Part shown: piece by piece, positions 63,701 to 64,000 of the stretch
Layout: each line of letters begins with the position of its first letter
Position numbering within the stretch: the stretch's first letter is position 1
DNA from: Leucoraja ocellata
Lineage: Eukaryota
Direction of reading: 5' to 3'
DNA length: 64,000 nt
Assembly (NCBI GenBank): GCA_036785375.1
Contig: JAWMAR010000399.1
Span: 868,001-932,000 of the forward strand
Notes under the pieces: generated by a model
What the model was told of the DNA's origin: nothing
The model's database searches: none
Seen by the model: the letters and a program-made list of their open reading frames with translations, nothing else
Translations under genes and position numbers: made by a program

Positions 63701-64000
63701 ATGAGGTTTGAGTGGATGTTGTGGTTGTGGCTCTCAATGTAGTGACTGGAGTTGTTGAGGCGGTCAGCAGTGCTGCTGTCTTTGGCACAGTGGAGGCAGT
63801 TGTTGTTGGGTTGGATGTTGCAGTGGTGACTGTCGTTGGTGTAGTGGTCGTTGATGTTGGTTGGGTTGCTTTCGATGTGGTTTCAATGGAGGTTGTGGTG
63901 AGGCTATGTGTAGTGACTGGAACTGTTGTAGTAATGGTGGTGCTGGTGGTGGTGGCTGGTGTCGTGGTAGTGGCTGTTGGCTGGGTTGCTTTCGATGTGG
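635..64000 (-). CDS. Gel-forming mucin gene (MUC2/MUC5-like), partial multi-exon span: PTS exon, 42-exon Cys-module/Thr-linker array, VWD4-C8-TIL-VWC C-terminal exons; 5' end and cystine knot lie outside the window
   Basis: 57 exons traced with GT-AG sites and compatible phases. Translation resembles the mucin C-terminal assembly (NETW..C, WGGSHYITFDG, FGKNVEGQCGTCTNN..DDC, CHDKVPP..FYEAC..DWR, EGCFCPDG). Orthology cannot be resolved by eye. Confidence 0.93.
815..937 (-). CDS. Mucin exon, VWC: PGMTVPQNTCKDCNCTDEVDPLTKLHAIACTPIRCDTQCSQ
   Basis: tttcag|CCG...CAG|gtaacc, 123 nt, phase 0-0. Confidence 0.87.
1728..2045 (-). mobile_element. tRNA-derived SINE
   Basis: Pol III A/B-box-like head (GGTGGCGC...GGTTCAATTC), CTAAA-type tail; paralogs at 15930 and 62655. 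Confidence 0.8.
2446..2486 (-). CDS. Mucin exon: (V)PKEVCVFNDTEYK
   Basis: ttttcag|TA...AAG|gtaagg, 41 nt, phase 1-0. Confidence 0.85.
2625..2729 (-). CDS. Mucin exon, VWC-like: (K)CNITHCPTVKFDCKVGYTPEVHMKDNKCCPTYIC
   Basis: attcag|AA...G|gtaagt, 105 nt, phase 1-1. Confidence 0.87.
3030..3690 (+). mobile_element. Decayed Penelope-like retroelement (GIY-YIG endonuclease end plus terminus)
   Basis: SLRNTLVHS...QRFTCISSNLIYCI followed by a degenerate IGET motif; typical terminal sequence. Confidence 0.8.
4387..4564 (-). CDS. Mucin exon, VWC: VGETWQSNCQDCSCSKATLSIICKPHKC...DLCCTETIC
   Basis: gacag|GTC...A|gtaagt, 178 nt, phase 0-1. Confidence 0.9.
4667..4698 (-). CDS. Mucin micro-exon: (N)CIGPDGKPKQ
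   Basis: ttgtag|AT...CAG|gtaggt, 32 nt, phase 1-0; CxGPDGxP motif of mucin C-termini. Confidence 0.85.
4900..5460 (+). mobile_element. Rex1/Babar-like LINE 3' fragment
   Basis: LQRVTRTAQRIIG..LPSL.DIY..RC..RA..I..DSSHP...FDLLPSGRRYR; AATAAA plus (TATC)n tail. Confidence 0.8.
5533..5730. mobile_element. Truncated MITE-like element (possibly Harbinger-type end aagggcctgtcccact) with internal cgacc micro-repeats
   Basis: CpG-rich island in an AT-rich intron; only one terminus recognisable. Confidence 0.4.
5840..5934 (-). CDS. Mucin exon, TIL second half: SHDENKPSDEGCFCPDGKILFKPGDICTDSC
   Basis: gattag|A...A|gtaagt, 95 nt, phase 2-1. Confidence 0.88.
6047..6116 (-). CDS. Mucin exon, TIL first half: (S)YHCPAKMEYKPCASKEQPTCGS(R)
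   Basis: atccag|CA...AG|gtttgt, 70 nt, phase 1-2. Confidence 0.85.
6880..7300 (+). mobile_element. Penelope-like terminal region (pyrimidine-rich tract plus ctgaagaagggtc... end)
   Basis: Same terminal motif family as at 314-605, 3610-3690 and 18500-18885. Confidence 0.6.
7321..7502 (-). CDS. Mucin exon, C8 domain: IFTKCHDKVPPGPFYEACVNDAC...CVDWRDHTDGIC
   Basis: tttcatag|T...T|gtaagt, 182 nt, phase 2-1; C8 cysteine pattern and DWR motif. Confidence 0.92.
8227..8473 (-). CDS. Mucin exon, end of VWD4 plus short PTS linker: (G)TCTNNKTDDCTLPDG...PTTPCAASNICKIILG
   Basis: ccctag|GT...CC|gtaagt, 247 nt, phase 1-2. Confidence 0.92.
8769..8950 (-). mobile_element. Non-LTR 3' tail fragment with (TCTTGAA)n end
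   Basis: caagattcaagattcaagattca tandem tail followed by repeat-like sequence; family not determined. Confidence 0.45.
9295..9478 (-). CDS. Mucin exon, VWD4 middle: AQVNDEEIIQPYFHDG...FGKNVEGQC
   Basis: ttatacag|GCA...G|gtatgt, 184 nt, phase 0-1; an in-frame alternative acceptor lies 6 nt downstream (exon start 9472). Confidence 0.9.
11065..11309 (-). CDS. Mucin exon, VWD4 start: (C)SCIGWGGSHYITFDGTDYTFKGKCTYIVVKQI...
   Basis: tttcag|GT...ACG|gtaagt, 245 nt, phase 1-0; VWD signature WGxxHYxTFDG. Confidence 0.95.
12500..13275 (+). mobile_element. Highly decayed CR1 LINE fragments
   Basis: AVDVVF.DFSK-like and 'gaagtagttgaggcagatacaatagtaacgtttaaaagacat' 3' remnants. Confidence 0.55.
12785..12890 (-). 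mobile_element. Penelope-like terminal fragment
   Basis: gctggaggaacttagc...tttgggtcaggaccccttccttcagac. Confidence 0.55.
14459..14633 (-). CDS. Mucin exon, VWC-like domain before VWD4: MNETWNLDNCTKATCKGNN...CCYQQECG
   Basis: ccacag|ATG...T|gtgagt, 175 nt, phase 0-1. Confidence 0.93.
15930..16232 (+). mobile_element. tRNA-derived SINE
   Basis: ggcacggtggtgcagcggtaga...gttcgaacctgactatgggtgctg...ctctaaaactaaaa. Confidence 0.8.
16409..16593 (-). CDS. Mucin exon closing the last Cys module: (G)EKIYFTSDKAGWCYIGLCTSKCEVVKHTIPC...GCPDLHPPRA
   Basis: ttccag|GA...GCT|gtgagt, 185 nt, phase 1-0; resembles the equivalent MUC5AC/MUC5B segment. Confidence 0.92.
17035..17370 (+). mobile_element. Short Rex1-like LINE 3' fragment
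   Basis: SHPAYSLFS.L..G.RY-like remnant and LINE-type 3' UTR. Confidence 0.55.
17866..18084 (-). CDS. Diverged module exon: (G)QSTVSSEDKSGLCKYILCTEGC...CFCKVNGKVISA
   Basis: atgcag|GG...G|gtgagt, 219 nt, phase 1-1, same six-Cys layout as the array exons. Confidence 0.92.
18500..18885 (-). mobile_element. Penelope-like terminal fragment
   Basis: ggagtaactcagcgggtcaggcag...tttcgggtcaggactcttattcaga plus purine-rich tract. Confidence 0.6.
19450..20890 (+). mobile_element. Decayed RTE-X-like LINE (RT domain and 3' end)
   Basis: CFIDASKAF, GVRQGGILS..LFNLYIDD, frameshifted Y-ADD, VKYLG, LFRAYCTPLY; boundaries approximate. Confidence 0.8.
20933..21145 (-). CDS. Array exon, hybrid (A-like head, B-like tail)
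   Basis: 213 nt, AG/GT, phase 1-1, open. Confidence 0.9.
21587..21672 (-). mobile_element. Short Penelope-terminal insertion flanked by TCCAT
   Basis: Absent from the paralogous intron at ~62105; a similar fragment lies at 4172-4246. Confidence 0.65.
21892..21950 (-). pseudogene. Truncated array pseudo-exon (acceptor plus first ~59 nt only)
   Basis: gcctccag|GTCAGGCAATGGTGATTTCTGCCGGTAAATCAGGGCTGTGTAACTTTACTCTGTGTACT then abrupt loss of homology. Confidence 0.8.
22232..22444 (-). CDS. Array exon type B
   Basis: 213 nt, AG/GT, phase 1-1, open. Confidence 0.9.
22526..23564 (+). mobile_element. 5'-truncated CR1-clade LINE (RT C-terminus and 3' UTR), copy 1
   Basis: GPQLFTIYINDLDEG..F.DDTKLGG, VRPHLEYCVQFWSP, RRLRGDLIETYKI; interrupts intron consensus tttgat|caaacac; has a stop and a frameshift. 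Confidence 0.93.
24239..24451 (-). CDS. Array exon type A
   Basis: 213 nt, AG/GT, phase 1-1, open. Confidence 0.9.
25014..25226 (-). CDS. Array exon type B
   Basis: 213 nt, AG/GT, phase 1-1, open. Confidence 0.9.
25308..26346 (+). mobile_element. 5'-truncated CR1-clade LINE, copy 2 (co-duplicated with the array unit)
   Basis: Near-identical to copy 1 at offset 2782, with the same junctions and defects. Confidence 0.93.
27021..27233 (-). CDS. Array exon type A
   Basis: 213 nt, AG/GT, open; missing from the ORF track because of a silent GTG->GTA change. Confidence 0.9.
27796..28008 (-). CDS. Array exon type B
   Basis: 213 nt, AG/GT, phase 1-1, open. Confidence 0.9.
28390..28602 (-). CDS. 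Array exon type A
   Basis: 213 nt, AG/GT, phase 1-1, open. Confidence 0.9.
29165..29377 (-). CDS. Array exon type B
   Basis: 213 nt, AG/GT, phase 1-1, open. Confidence 0.9.
29918..30960. mobile_element. Non-autonomous DNA transposon (~1043 bp), superfamily unassigned
   Basis: Absent from the other array units; imperfect TIRs GTAGGTATGTTGCAAA / revcomp GTAGCAATGTTACAAA; flanked by AGAAT direct repeat; no ORF. Confidence 0.8.
31194..31406 (-). CDS. Array exon type A
   Basis: 213 nt, AG/GT, phase 1-1, open. Confidence 0.9.
31969..32181 (-). CDS. Array exon type B
   Basis: 213 nt, AG/GT, phase 1-1, open. Confidence 0.9.
32562..32774 (-). CDS. Array exon type A
   Basis: 213 nt, AG/GT, phase 1-1, open. 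Confidence 0.9.
33337..33549 (-). CDS. Array exon type B
   Basis: 213 nt, AG/GT, phase 1-1, open. Confidence 0.9.
34299..34511 (-). CDS. Array exon type A
   Basis: 213 nt, AG/GT, phase 1-1, open. Confidence 0.9.
35074..35286 (-). CDS. Array exon type B
   Basis: 213 nt, AG/GT, phase 1-1, open. Confidence 0.9.
35664..35876 (-). CDS. Array exon type A
   Basis: 213 nt, AG/GT, phase 1-1, open. Confidence 0.9.
36437..36649 (-). CDS. Array exon type B
   Basis: 213 nt, AG/GT, phase 1-1, open. Confidence 0.9.
37030..37242 (-). CDS. Array exon type A
   Basis: 213 nt, AG/GT, phase 1-1, open. Confidence 0.9.
37805..38017 (-). CDS. Array exon type B
   Basis: 213 nt, AG/GT, phase 1-1, open. Confidence 0.9.
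38767..38979 (-). CDS. Array exon type A
   Basis: 213 nt, AG/GT, phase 1-1, open. Confidence 0.9.
39542..39754 (-). CDS. Array exon type B
   Basis: 213 nt, AG/GT, phase 1-1, open. Confidence 0.9.
40504..40716 (-). CDS. Array exon type A
   Basis: 213 nt, AG/GT, phase 1-1, open. Confidence 0.9.
41279..41491 (-). CDS. Array exon type B
   Basis: 213 nt, AG/GT, phase 1-1, open. Confidence 0.9.
41869..42081 (-). CDS. Array exon type A
   Basis: 213 nt, AG/GT, phase 1-1, open. Confidence 0.9.
42627..42839 (-). CDS. Array exon type B
   Basis: 213 nt, AG/GT, phase 1-1, open. Confidence 0.9.
43220..43432 (-). CDS. Array exon type A
   Basis: 213 nt, AG/GT, phase 1-1, open. Confidence 0.9.
43978..44190 (-). 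CDS. Array exon type B
   Basis: 213 nt, AG/GT, phase 1-1, open. Confidence 0.9.
44571..44783 (-). CDS. Array exon type A
   Basis: 213 nt, AG/GT, phase 1-1, open. Confidence 0.9.
45329..45541 (-). CDS. Array exon type B
   Basis: 213 nt, AG/GT, phase 1-1, open. Confidence 0.9.
45922..46134 (-). CDS. Array exon type A
   Basis: 213 nt, AG/GT, phase 1-1, open. Confidence 0.9.
46532..46592 (+). repeat. DIRS left inverted terminal repeat
   Basis: 46549-46592 is the near-exact reverse complement of 51510-51553. Confidence 0.9.
46706..48194 (+). CDS. DIRS1 gag-like ORF1, split by an apparent +1 frameshift in the G6 run at 47645-47650
   Basis: ORFs 46706-47674 and 47616-48194 join as ...IWKHVGGGIRNQDLKVQ... 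if one G is removed. Confidence 0.8.
48044..50140 (+). CDS. DIRS1 pol: reverse transcriptase, RNase H, Dam-like N6-adenine methyltransferase domain (first ATG 48215)
   Basis: IDLKDAY, LPNGL..APRLFTK, YLDD; TDAS..GWGA, INYLE, DNTTVVAYIN, ADARSR; DLFASRLN...YAFPPF...PDWPTQPWF. Confidence 0.95.
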   Translation: MEREEPTAATASFFRGWPGTSAVENEEASTSAAIVYPTRASTSAHQTKKINKLSPITMEVGESAAPKVVGSMEVGGVLQFHLQAWCSITQDRFILSSIKGYLIEFIHEHNPPVQHTPDRKYILTKLEQAKAHIEIKRLFNQGVIEQTKPEKQEFVSNIFIRNKKDGGCRVIIDLSTLNNFVQYVHFKMDTFSTAIDLVSKGYFMASIDLKDAYYTIPIRYRHRRFLKFNWMGQLWQYKALPNGLTSAPRLFTKILKPALALLRQQNHRVMAYLDDILIVGKTYELACQAVEATKQLFQHLGFIIHPIKSNLTPSTNMDYLGFTINSIDMLVTLPLGKATEIQSDCLELINTVKPSIRRVARMIGKIVAAFPAIQFGPLHYQNLQRDKIRALKKNRGHFDRPMELTIDAIKELQWWEHNVKYGSKPIVIDNPSMVLQTDASAIGWGATDTISSCGGRWNIQEANLLNTTGINYLEMLSAFHGLKSFCSGMCQQHVRLQIDNTTVVAYINHMGGNISISCDKLANLIWQWCIQRDIWLSATYLPGVLNSVADARSRKFNENTEWMLNKKVFGAIIEKYGRPDIDLFASRLNHQLSRYVSWEPDPGAEATDAFSLHWGKWFIYAFPPFCLINRVLRKIQQDSASGILIVPDWPTQPWFSVIQDMVLEPCMHLKHSNKLLVHPVTHDSHPCYKYINLLACRL
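50158..51108 (+). CDS. DIRS1 tyrosine recombinase
   Basis: AQRVQ (R), HSTR (HxxR), AGWSSERTFQRFY (W...Y) catalytic residues. Confidence 0.95.
   Translation: MGLSSRTVDMITAAQRKSTQRQYLCHIKKWINYCAYNHLDHRDKNVPAVLEFLTSLHYEGLGYSTINSARSALSTFLWQGSDHLSVGSHPLVIKLLRGIFNTRPPKPRYTQIWDAGVVLNLLRTWSPATALSLDMLTRKMVMLMALVTAQRVQSLQKLRLDSFSKMAGRLVFVIQDLVKQNRPGSAGQVLEFLAYPQDERLCVMTHILLYIERTKAVRGKEMGLLISYRKPYKRVSTQTISRWIKYGLNKAGVDTNIFKSHSTRAAATSAAKRLEVSMDQILRTAGWSSERTFQRFYNKPLSGIESFSGKLLSSVL
51287..51399 (+). repeat. DIRS internal complementary region (ICR)
   Basis: 51287-51320 = revcomp of 46532-46565; AAT spacer; 51324-51399 = revcomp of 51541-51616 (1 mismatch). Confidence 0.93.
51510..51616 (+). repeat. DIRS right inverted terminal repeat plus right extension
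   Basis: Complementary to the left ITR and to the ICR. Confidence 0.9.
51785..51997 (-). CDS. Array exon type B
   Basis: 213 nt, TAG acceptor, GT donor, open. Confidence 0.9.
52747..52959 (-). CDS. Array exon type A
   Basis: 213 nt, AG/GT, phase 1-1, open. Confidence 0.9.
53522..53734 (-). CDS. Array exon type B
   Basis: 213 nt, TAG acceptor, GT donor, open. Confidence 0.9.
54484..54696 (-). CDS. Array exon type A
   Basis: 213 nt, AG/GT, phase 1-1, open. Confidence 0.9.
55258..55470 (-). CDS. Array exon type B
   Basis: 213 nt, AG/GT, phase 1-1, open. Confidence 0.9.
56212..56424 (-). CDS. Array exon type A
   Basis: 213 nt, AG/GT, phase 1-1, open. Confidence 0.9.
56696..56908 (-). CDS. 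Array exon type B
   Basis: 213 nt, AG/GT, phase 1-1, open. Confidence 0.9.
57289..57501 (-). CDS. Array exon type A
   Basis: 213 nt, AG/GT, phase 1-1, open. Confidence 0.9.
58064..58276 (-). CDS. Array exon type B
   Basis: 213 nt, AG/GT, phase 1-1, open. Confidence 0.9.
59018..59230 (-). CDS. Array exon type A
   Basis: 213 nt, AG/GT, phase 1-1, open. Confidence 0.9.
59502..59714 (-). CDS. Array exon type B
   Basis: 213 nt, AG/GT, phase 1-1, open. Confidence 0.9.
60464..60676 (-). CDS. Array exon type A
   Basis: 213 nt, AG/GT, phase 1-1, open. Confidence 0.9.
61459..61671 (-). CDS. Array exon type A (first in transcript order)
   Basis: 213 nt, AG/GT, phase 1-1, open. Confidence 0.9.
62655..62958 (-). 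mobile_element. tRNA-derived SINE
   Basis: Same family, with (CTAAA)n tail. Confidence 0.8.
63617..64000 (-). CDS. 3' end of mucin PTS exon, ending ...PATTTCSCTVQGKILSP(G); continues beyond the window
   Basis: Open Thr-rich frame; TSKATQPT recurs at 120-nt spacing; donor CCAG|gtaatt, phase 1. Confidence 0.92.

Overview
Vertebrate genomic DNA. The repeat content (tRNA-derived SINEs, Penelope, CR1, Rex1 and RTE-X relics, DIRS1) suggests a cartilaginous fish such as a skate, which is an inference. The whole window lies inside one large minus-strand gel-forming mucin gene (MUC2/MUC5-family) that extends past both edges. Read 5'->3' (high to low coordinates), the gene gives: the end of a Thr/Ser/Pro-rich PTS exon (>=63617); an array of 42 near-identical 213-nt, phase-1/phase-1 exons (61671->20933), mostly alternating two types (A/B); two diverged module exons; then the usual C-terminal VWC-like, VWD4 (GGSH instead of GDPH), C8, TIL and VWC exons (14633->635). 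I traced the GT-AG junctions and phases by hand and they give one open frame. Spliced together, the array encodes about 2,980 aa of 'beads on a string': a 44-aa six-Cys module split across each splice junction, alternating with a 27-aa Thr-rich linker. It resembles the module found once after the last PTS region of human MUC2/5AC/5B, here present about 44 times. The array introns carry a nearly intact DIRS1 retrotransposon (46532-51616), a duplicated CR1 fragment and a 1-kb TIR element, and they record a monomer->dimer->higher-order repeat history.
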